Assembly: GCA_049318005.1 (NCBI GenBank) | Contig: JBMOHE010000001.1 | Coordinates: 117,995-181,994, forward strand | Source of the DNA: Patescibacteria group bacterium | GTDB lineage: Bacteria; Patescibacteriota; Patescibacteriia; Patescibacteriales; UBA12465 | DNA length: 64,000 nt | Reading direction: 5' to 3' | In this document: one piece after another, positions 8,833 through 18,609 of the stretch | Numbering within the stretch: position 1 is the stretch's first letter | Layout: each line of letters starts with the position of its first letter | The notes under the pieces: model-generated | The model's database searches: none | Told to the model about the DNA's origin: nothing | What the model saw: only the letters and a program-made list of their open reading frames with translations | Position numbers and translations under genes: made by a program

Positions 8833-11800
8833 TTAAGCCGCCATTACTTCGTCGGAACTATTAACTGACGAAGTCTTTTTTAAAGTTTTCTGCATTTCTT
8901 CGACAAAATTTAAAAGTAACTCTTGAGCCTGATTAATTAAAAACTTATCGCTGGCTCCCTGTATATAATATTTACCCTTTCTTGTCTTACCATCAAGATC
9001 AAAAATTGACTGTTCAGAATCATGAATGCCATTAGAATCCGGAAAGCCATTTTCCATGGTTGTGTTAAGCATGTTTTTAATATTTACTTGATCACCCTTG
9101 AGATAAAGATTATTTAGACGTGTTAATTTATTAGCTATATCAACACTAATCTCGCCAAAGAAATCTTCAACCTTATTTATTTTTAATTTTTTTTCATAAT
9201 ATGTTTCTAGGTAATCTCCAGGAGAAGATGCGTCAATTATTTCTTGAAAGGCTGTTTTATTATCACGACCACGTGAGGATTCAATAGCGTCAACCCAAAC
9301 TCCTTGCTCATCCAAATAGCCATAAGTTTCATTATCGATAAAATTTTCATTATGATCTTTAATCGCCTGCGTCATTTTTATTTGTACTTTTAGCCAATGA
9401 TAAATTATTTCTTTAATTTTTTCATCTTTTATATCTTCTTGAAGTATGTCATTCTCTTTTAAAAAGATATAAAAATTATTACTATTATCAAGAGAACTCT
9501 GAGAAATATTTTCAAATTTTTCTAAATTATTTATTCTTGTATATTTATCGACTGCTTGAATCGCAATTGCCGCATTATAATTAATTAAAGAAGCTCTTTC
9601 AAATTGTTCCCATTTATCTACTGATATCGCTCTTAGTTCAACCGCACTTGTTAAATTATCAAAAACCTTAATAGTATTTGTTGACGTGCCTCTATTACGA
9701 ATACTGCAGCCGCATCTGGCCTTACCAATTTGACTGACTTCCGTCCCGGAATATACTCCGCCTAAATTAGCTGCTAAAATCATGTTTTGCAAAAAATTAG
9801 TTTGACGATTCAAACCTAATCCATATTCGCCGCCAATCGTTAAATGATAAGTTGAACTAGCTCTATCATAACCGCCCTCTTTATCTCCAGACTTAAAATT
9901 AAAATCAATAAAATCAAGATCTTGGAGTAACTTCATTTCGAGAAGCATTAGATATGGATTATCGGTTGGCTTAGTGGCGAATTCATGAACAGCGTCATTA
10001 CCCTTGCCAATATTAGCATTAGCACTCAATTTATTAGCGTCACCGGAGTATGAGTTGCCGGTCTTTTCTTTATACGAGCCAGCAATCGAGCTGGTCACCT
10101 CATATTCCATTCCAATCGAAGCCTGCAAGCCAGCTGGTATTTCTTTAGGGTCGTGCAGAGACAATATTCTATCATATCTTTCTAGGGCACTCTCAATATT
10201 TATCAAAACTAAATCAATCGTCGTTTTATCATCTTTCTCAAAAGCTTTTTTATATTCATTAGCGGCAACTAAATTTAAAATAGTCTCCCCCTTGCCGCTA
10301 ATATTATATTTTTTTCTAAACTCAATAAACTTTTCTGACAATTTCTCTCCTGATACCTCATCAATAACCTCAATGTTTTTATTTTTAATTATTGAACTAA
10401 AAATTGATGAGAAATCAAGAATACTTTTTCTAGAATTATCATTTGAAGCTAAAATTTCATCAAGATCTTTAAAATGCTCTGCTTTATAAAGGCCAAGTTT
10501 ATTTAATGTGCTGTAAAATGATATTAGAGAGCCATTATCCCTCTTATCACTATCCATCAACTTAACTTCATTTTTTAATTTTTGGATAATTAAATCTTGC
10601 TTTCTTTCAACAATGCCAATAATAGAAGCCGATCCGCTCTCAATAATCTGCAAAAGCGGACGCGTATTCTCTTTTAAGATTATTTCCTGAATAAATTTTT
10701 CTTCAAAAATTTCAGGATAGGCCGCATAGATTTCTTCCGCTCTAGAACTATCACTAAAATTTCCGTCGCTAATATATACAGACATCAACGTATCTATCTG
10801 ACTATCTGATAAAGTAAAAATGTCTATATTATTTTTACCAGCAATTTTTTCTCTATTTTCATTTAATTCAAGATATTCAACTAAAAATTTTCCGCTTGCA
10901 TTTCTTTCTTTGCTAATTTTATCGACAATCAAATTAATTTGATCATTATTTAGAATATTTACCAATTCTTCGCTTTTATGATTAATATTCCTAAATGAAT
11001 CAACATACATCGTAAAAAACTCTGGGGCCATTTCTCCATGTTTAGAAACAAAATCATCAACAATTATCTCCATCTTTTCTTTGCCTATCTTAAAATATGG
11101 CGCATAAATATTGTCTTCAATGGCGGCAATGAACTGATCTTGATTATTATTACTTAAATTTTCCAGAATCGATTCAATTTTTTCCTCGCTCAAATTAAAT
11201 TCCTTATTAATTTTTAATAAATTAAATAAACTTCTACTTCTTAGGCTGGCCCGGCTAATCAAAATATCTGCTAACTTATCTTTTTCATTATCATTTAGAC
11301 TTAATCTGTCTCTATCATAAAAATAAATGTTAAATAAAGCATCAAGCGCTTCCGGATCACCGGAATCAAAAATTTTATTTTTAACAATCAAACTTTTTTC
11401 GGGAGACAATTTTTCTAAATTTCTATCAGTTTTACTTGGATAACCATATTTTAACAAGGTAACTAATTCAAGCGGCGAGCCTTTATCTATCATTACCTCA
11501 ACTAATTCGTCTATTTTTTCGAGGCCCACTGAACTAGAATAATTCCCATTTATGTAACGAATATAATTAGGGAAAGATTTTAAGAGTTCTAAGCGGGAGT
11601 TACTATCGCCGAAGCTTATAATTTTATCAACTACAATCTTTAAATTTTTTTCACTAATATTTCTTTCCAAAAAATCGCTTAAAACAGAGATATTATTAAC
11701 TTCCAAAAAAAGACTAACTAAGTTATTGCTCTCATCGAGTTTAAAATGTTTTATAAATGGACCTTTATAAGTCGAACTATAAAGTAAATTTAAATTTTTT

Positions 11801-13911
11801 AAATCAACTATTTTTAAAAAATTATAGCAGAATTTTAGCTCATCTTGATCGACAAGAACTAATTCTTTATTATTAATTAATTCAAGTATTTTTTTTAAAT
11901 CCTCTATATCATTTGATTCAATAAACTTACTGAAAATATCTGCTTTCATTTCCGGCTTGTTCTCTGCTATTTTTGATCCAAGGATCTTGGTTATTGACCA
12001 AGAAGCGCAGGTTTCATTAATTATTTCATCATAACGCTCCAAACTTATTTTTCCTGAATTAAGCGAAACGTTTAAATAATCACCAAAAGCCTTATAATCA
12101 TCAATTTTACCCACCAATTCTCCAAAATATTTAATCGGTAAGCCTGGTGTTCCATCCTGACAGTTAATAAACAGATCGAAAAAATCACTACAATAAATAT
12201 TTTTAACCAGTTTAATCGCGGCCTCTAAATTATCAGAGGAAAATTCATTAAGAACCTTGGCGTCTCTCAAACTTAGATTATTAATATAAGATATTTTCTC
12301 AACGACGATTTTTTCAATCTGGCCTCTATCTTTAGGACTTAGATACTGGTGATTATAATTTAAAAAATCTAAAGCTACAGACGGCCAGGGGTCAGTAAAA
12401 CAGGTTTTAATAAATTCTTCTTTTTGATTATCACTAATTTTAATATCATTATAAAATATTTTGCTCAGCGTCTCTGAATTATTATTCTTCTCTAAAAAAT
12501 TACTAAAACTTTTATTAATAACTTCTAATCCTAGACCGGGATATTTTTCTGGATAAGCTAATAATTGAGCATATTCGAAGACCTTTGAGCTACCGCAATT
12601 TTCTAAGTTCTCTAGTATTTCTTTTTGTGCCGCTTCATCTAAGCCAAAATTGTCAGCGTTTGTTAAAAGTGGAAGAGAATCATTATTTCCTTTTACATTA
12701 AGAATTAAATTATCCAAACTACTTTTATCGTCGTTACTATAGCCAATAGAACCAAGGGCGTAGTTAAACTCATCTTGGTTTAATTTAATACACGAACTAT
12801 ATCTTAATAATTCAGATGAATATTTAACATTATTATCAAAATATTTTTTTCTCTCGCCTCCCTCCAATTTATCTATCTCTTCTTGAAATACAGCTGCATT
12901 ATTATTAATCAATCCTGGATTATTTTTTAAATATTCTTTAAAGACAACTTCCTTAATCTCGGGAGTCAAATCTTTTCTAAAAATATCATCACTTAAATTA
13001 ATTTGACTTAAAGAATAATGCTTGTCCGGGTCAGAGATTACTTTCTTTAGTGGTTCTAAAAATTCATTATCTTTTCTATTATCAGTTTTTTCATAACAGC
13101 CCCCTTCGCCAAGAACCAAAAGAATAATTTCTGGGTAAGCTTCCAAGCGTTTTTTAATAATCTCCGCCTCCTTTTTATGGTCAGCGCTATCATATGAAGA
13201 TTTTATACCCGCTTCATCTAAAATATATTTCCTTATTTTTTTTCCAAGAGACGGGGCCGCATCGCGATTAATAATTTTATTTGGGCAATCACTCCAAATC
13301 TCAAGCGCTTCCTCTATTTTACCATTATCTATTTTATGGGAAATCAAAGTATCAAATTGCGATTCTAGTTTAAGATCAAGTGATTCGGCGTTACGACCAT
13401 GAAGATACTTTTTATCTATCTCGTGATATTTATTCAAATAGTTTAGTAAACGTTTCTCAAAATTAAGATAATAATCATTTAATTTCTTAGCATTACCGCC
13501 ATCTCTCTCTTTTTTATATTTATCAATTTTTTCTCCATAAAGCTCGTGACCCATGTCAGCCAAATCACTATATAGTTTTTTATAAGATCTATTATTTTTA
13601 ATTTCATTCCATTTATAATCCGCTTTGTCGATTATGCTATCAAATAGCTTCATCAATTTACTTTCACTTTTTTCCTCAATCGCCTTAATTTCAACTTCTG
13701 CCTGATCACAAATTTTAACAATATCTTCATCATCATTTTTTTCTAAAATTTCTTTATTTTCTTTAAGCGACTCATCTAAAGCACTGTCTAAATCAGAAAA
13801 AGACTCCCCGGCTATATCAGAGATCTTCCCTTCATTCTCCGGATTATTTTCAAAATTAGAAAAAGACTCCTTTTTTGATATTTTTTTAGATACCTCAACT
13901 TTATTTTTCAT
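8833..13911 (-). CDS. Giant hypothetical cytoplasmic protein (1692 aa) with no recognisable domains.
   Basis: Uninterrupted 5.1-kb ORF, Lys/Glu/Asp/Asn-rich, with no TM or signal peptide. Only a weak CGCSIRNRG-containing region near the C-terminus and no catalytic motifs I can identify. Confidence 0.7.
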   Translation of the reverse strand: MKNKVEVSKKISKKESFSNFENNPENEGKISDIAGESFSDLDSALDESLKENKEILEKNDDEDIVKICDQAEVEIKAIEEKSESKLMKLFDSIIDKADYKWNEIKNNRSYKKLYSDLADMGHELYGEKIDKYKKERDGGNAKKLNDYYLNFEKRLLNYLNKYHEIDKKYLHGRNAESLDLKLESQFDTLISHKIDNGKIEEALEIWSDCPNKIINRDAAPSLGKKIRKYILDEAGIKSSYDSADHKKEAEIIKKRLEAYPEIILLVLGEGGCYEKTDNRKDNEFLEPLKKVISDPDKHYSLSQINLSDDIFRKDLTPEIKEVVFKEYLKNNPGLINNNAAVFQEEIDKLEGGERKKYFDNNVKYSSELLRYSSCIKLNQDEFNYALGSIGYSNDDKSSLDNLILNVKGNNDSLPLLTNADNFGLDEAAQKEILENLENCGSSKVFEYAQLLAYPEKYPGLGLEVINKSFSNFLEKNNNSETLSKIFYNDIKISDNQKEEFIKTCFTDPWPSVALDFLNYNHQYLSPKDRGQIEKIVVEKISYINNLSLRDAKVLNEFSSDNLEAAIKLVKNIYCSDFFDLFINCQDGTPGLPIKYFGELVGKIDDYKAFGDYLNVSLNSGKISLERYDEIINETCASWSITKILGSKIAENKPEMKADIFSKFIESNDIEDLKKILELINNKELVLVDQDELKFCYNFLKIVDLKNLNLLYSSTYKGPFIKHFKLDESNNLVSLFLEVNNISVLSDFLERNISEKNLKIVVDKIISFGDSNSRLELLKSFPNYIRYINGNYSSSVGLEKIDELVEVMIDKGSPLELVTLLKYGYPSKTDRNLEKLSPEKSLIVKNKIFDSGDPEALDALFNIYFYDRDRLSLNDNEKDKLADILISRASLRSRSLFNLLKINKEFNLSEEKIESILENLSNNNQDQFIAAIEDNIYAPYFKIGKEKMEIIVDDFVSKHGEMAPEFFTMYVDSFRNINHKSEELVNILNNDQINLIVDKISKERNASGKFLVEYLELNENREKIAGKNNIDIFTLSDSQIDTLMSVYISDGNFSDSSRAEEIYAAYPEIFEEKFIQEIILKENTRPLLQIIESGSASIIGIVERKQDLIIQKLKNEVKLMDSDKRDNGSLISFYSTLNKLGLYKAEHFKDLDEILASNDNSRKSILDFSSIFSSIIKNKNIEVIDEVSGEKLSEKFIEFRKKYNISGKGETILNLVAANEYKKAFEKDDKTTIDLVLINIESALERYDRILSLHDPKEIPAGLQASIGMEYEVTSSIAGSYKEKTGNSYSGDANKLSANANIGKGNDAVHEFATKPTDNPYLMLLEMKLLQDLDFIDFNFKSGDKEGGYDRASSTYHLTIGGEYGLGLNRQTNFLQNMILAANLGGVYSGTEVSQIGKARCGCSIRNRGTSTNTIKVFDNLTSAVELRAISVDKWEQFERASLINYNAAIAIQAVDKYTRINNLEKFENISQSSLDNSNNFYIFLKENDILQEDIKDEKIKEIIYHWLKVQIKMTQAIKDHNENFIDNETYGYLDEQGVWVDAIESSRGRDNKTAFQEIIDASSPGDYLETYYEKKLKINKVEDFFGEISVDIANKLTRLNNLYLKGDQVNIKNMLNTTMENGFPDSNGIHDSEQSIFDLDGKTRKGKYYIQGASDKFLINQAQELLLNFVEEMQKTLKKTSSVNSSDEVMAA

Positions 13912-13915
13912 ATAT

Positions 13916-14096
13916 TTAAATACTTTTTCTGGCTTTAGCTAAACTTTCTTTATCTTTTTTTTCTAAAAGAGATTTGATCTTTAAATCTCTCTTTCCTTCG
14001 ATATTCTTTAATTCTAATAAAAAACTAGCCTGAATTTCTTCAATTTGAGAAAGAATGTTTTTAATATTTTTTTCACCTAGTTTATTCTTTAACATT
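13916..14096 (-). CDS. Possible small protein (59 aa) translationally coupled to the giant gene.
   Basis: My translation gives MLKNKLGEKNIKNILSQIEEIQASFLLELKNIEGKRDLKIKSLLEKKDKESLAKARKSI. Its stop lies 4 nt before the start of the 1692-aa ORF. It is below the length threshold of the ORF track. Confidence 0.25.
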
Positions 14097-14149
14097 ATAA
14101 AATATAAATTTATTCAAATCTTACTTATATTATATCAGTATTTTTGGCT

Positions 14150-14195
14150 AAAAAAAAGACCCTAGCCCTTAATTAAGGACTAGGGTCAATTTTAT
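14150..14195. terminator. Rho-independent terminator downstream of the ABC-F gene.
   Basis: GACCCTAGCCC-ttaattaa-GGACTAGGGTC hairpin with flanking A8 and T runs. Confidence 0.7.
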
Positions 14196-14208
14196 ATTTT
14201 ACCTAATA

Positions 14209-15663
14209 TTACTTAATCTTACCTAGATCTAACTCCTCAGTAATCTTAATAGTCGAAACAAACTCAGGCATATGGCTAACCATTATAATTCCACCCTCAA
14301 AGTTATTAATCGCTTCGGCGATAACAGGAATATGACGGAAATTAATATGATTAGTTGGCTCATCTAAAATAAGTAGTCCCGGCTCCATCAAAACTAAACG
14401 AGCGAAAGATAATAATCCCTTCTGCCCTTCAGATAGATCGCCAATTTTATGACCCATTAAATCACCTGTGATTAAAAAACCAGCCGCAACCGAACGAAGG
14501 CTCTGCTCATCGTGACCATCGGCCATAACATTTTTCAACGAATCAAAAACTTTTTCTTCAAAATCTAAAGTTGAGAAATCCTGACTATAATAACCAACTT
14601 TAACGCCCTTGAGTATTGTTTGGCCTTCTTGTTTTCCAGAAACCAAAGAGCGAAGCAAGGTACTCTTCCCAATTCCGTTAGGACCAACCACGAGTAATCT
14701 ATCTTTCTTTCTTAAAGTTTTATTAATATCTTTTAAAATCGGCTCATGGTTAATTACTACCTTAACCTTTTTCAAATTAACTAATTCCCCAGTGATATCT
14801 TGGACCGGAATATCAAAATCACGAATAGTTCTATCTTCCTGACGAACATCAACCTTATTAGCCTCTAAGTCTTCTGTTTCATCTTTTAATTTCTTAGCAA
14901 GCTTACGCATCTTACCGCCCTTATGAGCAAAAAAATTAACTTTTTCTTTACGGTCTAAAATCTGTTTCTCAAGTTGAGCATTTTCACGTCTTTCTCTTTC
15001 AACTCTTTTTTCAATTTCCTCAACTACGGAATAATAATCGCCCACATACATTTCTGTTTTATGGGTAAAATTGTTTAAATATACGACGCCCTCAGTAAAG
15101 CAGTTTAAAAAGTCAGCGTCATGAGAAATAACTAAAACTGTTTTATCATACATGACTAAAAAAGTAATTAAATGATCAATCCCGTCTTTATCTAAATTAT
15201 TAGTCGGCTCATCAAGGAGCAAAATATCTGGATTCTGAATCAAAGAAAAGGCTAACAAAAGACGCGCCTGTTGACCACCAGATAAATCACCAACGATTCT
15301 ATCAAGTGGAATATTAAAATTAACCGCCTCAAGCGCCTTACTAATACGACTTTTAATATTACCAGGCACTTCATGAAAAGCACTTGAAAAATACTCCTCG
15401 ACGGTCATTGGCGCATATTCTCTAGCCATAGTCTGACTAGCCGTTCCAATCGTAGCGCCACTGGCAATCGAAATTAGACCAGTTTTAGGAGTTAACTCCT
15501 TTTTAATAAGACCAAAAATTGTACTTTTCCCAGCCCCATTCTGGCCCATAAGCGTTATTTTCGCTCCTCGGCGCACACTAAAGCAGGCCTCGTCGAGTAT
15601 TGGTCTTTTATTAATATATTCAAATTTGACCTCGTCAAATCTTAAAACTACTTCTTCTGCCAT
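14209..15663 (-). CDS. ABC-F family ATPase (two tandem ABC domains, no TMD).
   Basis: Two Walker A motifs (GQNGAGKST, GPNGIGKST), two signature/Walker B pairs (LSGGQQARLLLA...LLLDEPTNNLD; LSEGQKGLLSFA...LILDEPTNHIN) and a charged inter-domain linker. Confidence 0.85.
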   Translation of the reverse strand: MAEEVVLRFDEVKFEYINKRPILDEACFSVRRGAKITLMGQNGAGKSTIFGLIKKELTPKTGLISIASGATIGTASQTMAREYAPMTVEEYFSSAFHEVPGNIKSRISKALEAVNFNIPLDRIVGDLSGGQQARLLLAFSLIQNPDILLLDEPTNNLDKDGIDHLITFLVMYDKTVLVISHDADFLNCFTEGVVYLNNFTHKTEMYVGDYYSVVEEIEKRVERERRENAQLEKQILDRKEKVNFFAHKGGKMRKLAKKLKDETEDLEANKVDVRQEDRTIRDFDIPVQDITGELVNLKKVKVVINHEPILKDINKTLRKKDRLLVVGPNGIGKSTLLRSLVSGKQEGQTILKGVKVGYYSQDFSTLDFEEKVFDSLKNVMADGHDEQSLRSVAAGFLITGDLMGHKIGDLSEGQKGLLSFARLVLMEPGLLILDEPTNHINFRHIPVIAEAINNFEGGIIMVSHMPEFVSTIKITEELDLGKIK

Positions 15664-15752
15664 ATTTATGATTTTAATTACTAATAACCCAAATAGAATA
15701 ACAAATTTATTAAAAAAAAGCTAGATTAAGCTGAAATATGTCTAAAGTAAAT

Positions 15753-15790
15753 AAAAACTCGGGATGATAATATCTCGAGTTTTTAATAAT
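15753..15790. terminator. Hairpin plus U-tract terminator candidate downstream of the REC gene.
   Basis: ACTCGGGA-tgataata-TCTCGAGT has 7 of 8 bp, with a G•U when read on the plus strand, followed by TTTTT. The minus-strand reading is also followed by a U-run. Confidence 0.45.
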
Positions 15791-15804
15791 TTTAATTTTA
15801 TGTT

Positions 15805-16218
15805 TTATTTCTTTTCTGAACCTAAACTAGCATGAATATCATTAATAATTTGATCAAGTCTATAGTTTGATTTGGTATAATAATTATTAACGCCGAGGGC
15901 TAAATAACTTTTTACTTTATCATCGCTAGCTGTGTTAGAAACGACAAAGATTGGGATATTCTTAAAGCGTTCATCATTTTTTATTTTTACAACCAAATCA
16001 AGGCCATTCTCTTTCCCTAATAAATAGTGATCAAGCCAGATAACTTTGATTGTTTCTAGGTCCTCAAGTAAGCCAACTGCCTGTTCAACAGTCCTAGCAG
16101 TCACAACCGAAAAGCCACCTTTTTCTAATTTTATTTTAATGGCTTCAAGTAGTGGTTTTTCATCTTCGACCACTAAAATGTTTACATCTTCTACTTTTAA
16201 ATTTTTTACGTCTGTCAT
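15805..16218 (-). CDS. Single-domain response regulator (REC only).
   Basis: VNILVVEDEKPLLEAI...VIWLDHYL...IFVVSNTASDDKVKSYLALGVNNYYTK is a REC fold with no output domain. Confidence 0.8.
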   Translation of the reverse strand: MTDVKNLKVEDVNILVVEDEKPLLEAIKIKLEKGGFSVVTARTVEQAVGLLEDLETIKVIWLDHYLLGKENGLDLVVKIKNDERFKNIPIFVVSNTASDDKVKSYLALGVNNYYTKSNYRLDQIINDIHASLGSEKK

Positions 16219-16233
16219 ATTTTTATTATTTAA

Positions 16234-18603
16234 TTATTCAAGACCGCGATTACCAACCTTCTTTTTCATGCCCGTCAAAGGTAATGATAAATAAAAGGTA
16301 GTGCCTTTATCTTCTTCTGACTCAAACCTTATTGTCCCGCCAAAATGATCAACAATCGATTTAATAATATATAAACCAAGCCCAGTCCCTTCGGTATCCT
16401 TAGCCCTAACATTATCGGCTCTAAATAATTTTGAGAAAATCTTGTCATGCTGACTTTTAGGAATACCATAGCCATTATCGGCAACAGTTACAAGAAGATT
16501 CTTTTTATCTTGGTTCAATATTAATTTTACAGTTCCCTTTTCCGGAGTATACTTAACAGAATTTGATAAAAGATTTTGGAAAACAATACGAAGCAACTTA
16601 GGGTCGGCAGAGATTATCGGGATTGTCTTGTCGTAATCAAAACTTAATTTTAATTTTTTTTCTGCTATACCTGGTTTTAATTCCGATAAAACTTCTTGCG
16701 CGGTTTTAATTACATCAGTTGGTTGAGGTCCAACCGCAAAAGTCCCAAGCTCTAAACGCGAAACATTCAATAATGAATTTACAAGCTCAACCATTCTTTG
16801 ATTACCAGTATATATTTCTTTAACAAATCCAGACTGCTCTTCATTAAGCTTACCACCATCACCAGCCAAAAGCATCTCCGCATACCAATTAATACTTGAT
16901 AGTGGCGTTCTTAGTTGGTGTGAGGCCAGTGACACGAATTCAGTTTTAGTCCTATCGACGTTTTTTTCATGAGTTACATCACGCTCAATGCCAACAAAAA
17001 ACTCAACCTCATTTTTACTGCTTACAACAGGAGAGATACTAATATGAGCATCGTATTCTTCCCCGTTTTTTCTTCTATTTCTAATATCGCCTTCAAAATA
17101 TTTTTTATCAGTCTTAATGGTTTTCCAAAGATTTTTATAAAAGTTTTTTTGCATTGGCAGACTCCAAAGACTGCCAACTTTTTTACCAATAACTTCCTTA
17201 AGATCATAACCAGTAATTCTTTCCAGGCCCTTATTACCATACAAAGTAATTCCCTCTGAATCGGTTATTACAATATGGTCAGACGCATTATCAAGAGCTA
17301 ATTTAAATTTTTCTAAATCGTCAGCTAATTTTATAGTTTTATCCTTTTCCTCTTGAACATCTTCTAAAATATTGATAGTTGCCTTTTTAGCATCTTCCAG
17401 GAATTTGTTTTTTATTTCTAGCTCTGACGTTCTGTCTTTAACTCTTGTCTCCAAATCTCCATAAGAATTTTCTAACTGTTTCGACATTTTCGTAAATACT
17501 GCACCGAGCTCCTCAAGATCATCACCGCTATTAATCGGGTTTATTTTAACATATTTACCTCTACCTAAATTTTCCGACATTTCTCTTAAGACCAAGAGTG
17601 GCTTAAGATTTTTAGACGCCATGACCGAAATCCAAAAAATCGCAATGATTGTAGAAAGCAAAACTAAAAGCCCAAGCAAAATCGCTAAATTGATTGCATC
17701 TGTAATTAAAGTATCAAATTCGGTTTCTATGACTAGAAAAAATTTTGTGTCCCCAATAGGCGCAACCGTTAAAAGCTCCTCCTCTTTTTCAACTTTATCT
17801 GACACTATTTTAACAACAACGTCCTCAACTCCATTATTTATAATGGCAGAAATTTCATCATACTGTAATGCTTTAATTTCAATATTGCTAAATTTTTTTT
17901 GTTCTTTAATCTTAGCTAAAGTTTTTTCGTCCAGATGACCCAAGCTTTGATAAATCCTTTCGGGCAGATTTGAATAAAGTATAATACCGTCCTCATCGCT
18001 AAACATTAACTTACTATCGACATTCAAACTCATCTCACTGAGAATTTTATTTAAAGAATCGGGTTCCATTTTCAAAACTGCCGCCCCGATAATAAGACCA
18101 TCTTTATTTTTAATTGGGCTAGAGAAATAATAACCCGGTTTTCCGGTACTTGCGCCGATTGCCATCTCTAGTCCTTGCTTTCCATTAATTGCACTTAAAT
18201 AGTAACTACGAAAACTATAATTTTTTCCATCTAATAAATGATCAGTCGAAACAAGCGTGGTTCCACTGGCGCTAAGTAAATAAAGAGCTGAATAACTATT
18301 ATTTATATTAAATTGGTCTAAAAGATTAAGAATACTCTGTCTAGCTTCTTCATTAGGACTTTCAACCCAAGAAGTTATTTCTTCAAGCTCAGCTATATAT
18401 TGAGAAAGATTACGTGATTCTTTCAAAAAAACATCAATTTTACTTGCCTGCTCGTGAACAACCGAAGAAAGACTTGCTTGTTTATCTTTTATGTTTCTAT
18501 CATAAGAAAGATAGGCCACTAGCGACAAAGAAATCAAACCTGACAAAGAAACAATCACCAGGGTAATATAGACTATTTTTCCTTTAATAGTTTTAATGGT
18601 CAT
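16234..18603 (-). CDS. Sensor histidine kinase: TM, double-Cache-like extracytoplasmic domain, TM, PAS, HisKA, HATPase_c.
   Basis: H-box SLASHQLRTPLSSI, a PAS domain (LDNASDHIVITDSEGITLYGN...), the N-box NLLSNSVKYTPEKG, and G-boxes DNGYGIP / GTGLGLYIIK. Confidence 0.85.
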   Translation of the reverse strand: MTIKTIKGKIVYITLVIVSLSGLISLSLVAYLSYDRNIKDKQASLSSVVHEQASKIDVFLKESRNLSQYIAELEEITSWVESPNEEARQSILNLLDQFNINNSYSALYLLSASGTTLVSTDHLLDGKNYSFRSYYLSAINGKQGLEMAIGASTGKPGYYFSSPIKNKDGLIIGAAVLKMEPDSLNKILSEMSLNVDSKLMFSDEDGIILYSNLPERIYQSLGHLDEKTLAKIKEQKKFSNIEIKALQYDEISAIINNGVEDVVVKIVSDKVEKEEELLTVAPIGDTKFFLVIETEFDTLITDAINLAILLGLLVLLSTIIAIFWISVMASKNLKPLLVLREMSENLGRGKYVKINPINSGDDLEELGAVFTKMSKQLENSYGDLETRVKDRTSELEIKNKFLEDAKKATINILEDVQEEKDKTIKLADDLEKFKLALDNASDHIVITDSEGITLYGNKGLERITGYDLKEVIGKKVGSLWSLPMQKNFYKNLWKTIKTDKKYFEGDIRNRRKNGEEYDAHISISPVVSSKNEVEFFVGIERDVTHEKNVDRTKTEFVSLASHQLRTPLSSINWYAEMLLAGDGGKLNEEQSGFVKEIYTGNQRMVELVNSLLNVSRLELGTFAVGPQPTDVIKTAQEVLSELKPGIAEKKLKLSFDYDKTIPIISADPKLLRIVFQNLLSNSVKYTPEKGTVKLILNQDKKNLLVTVADNGYGIPKSQHDKIFSKLFRADNVRAKDTEGTGLGLYIIKSIVDHFGGTIRFESEEDKGTTFYLSLPLTGMKKKVGNRGLE

Positions 18604-18609
18604 AAATTT

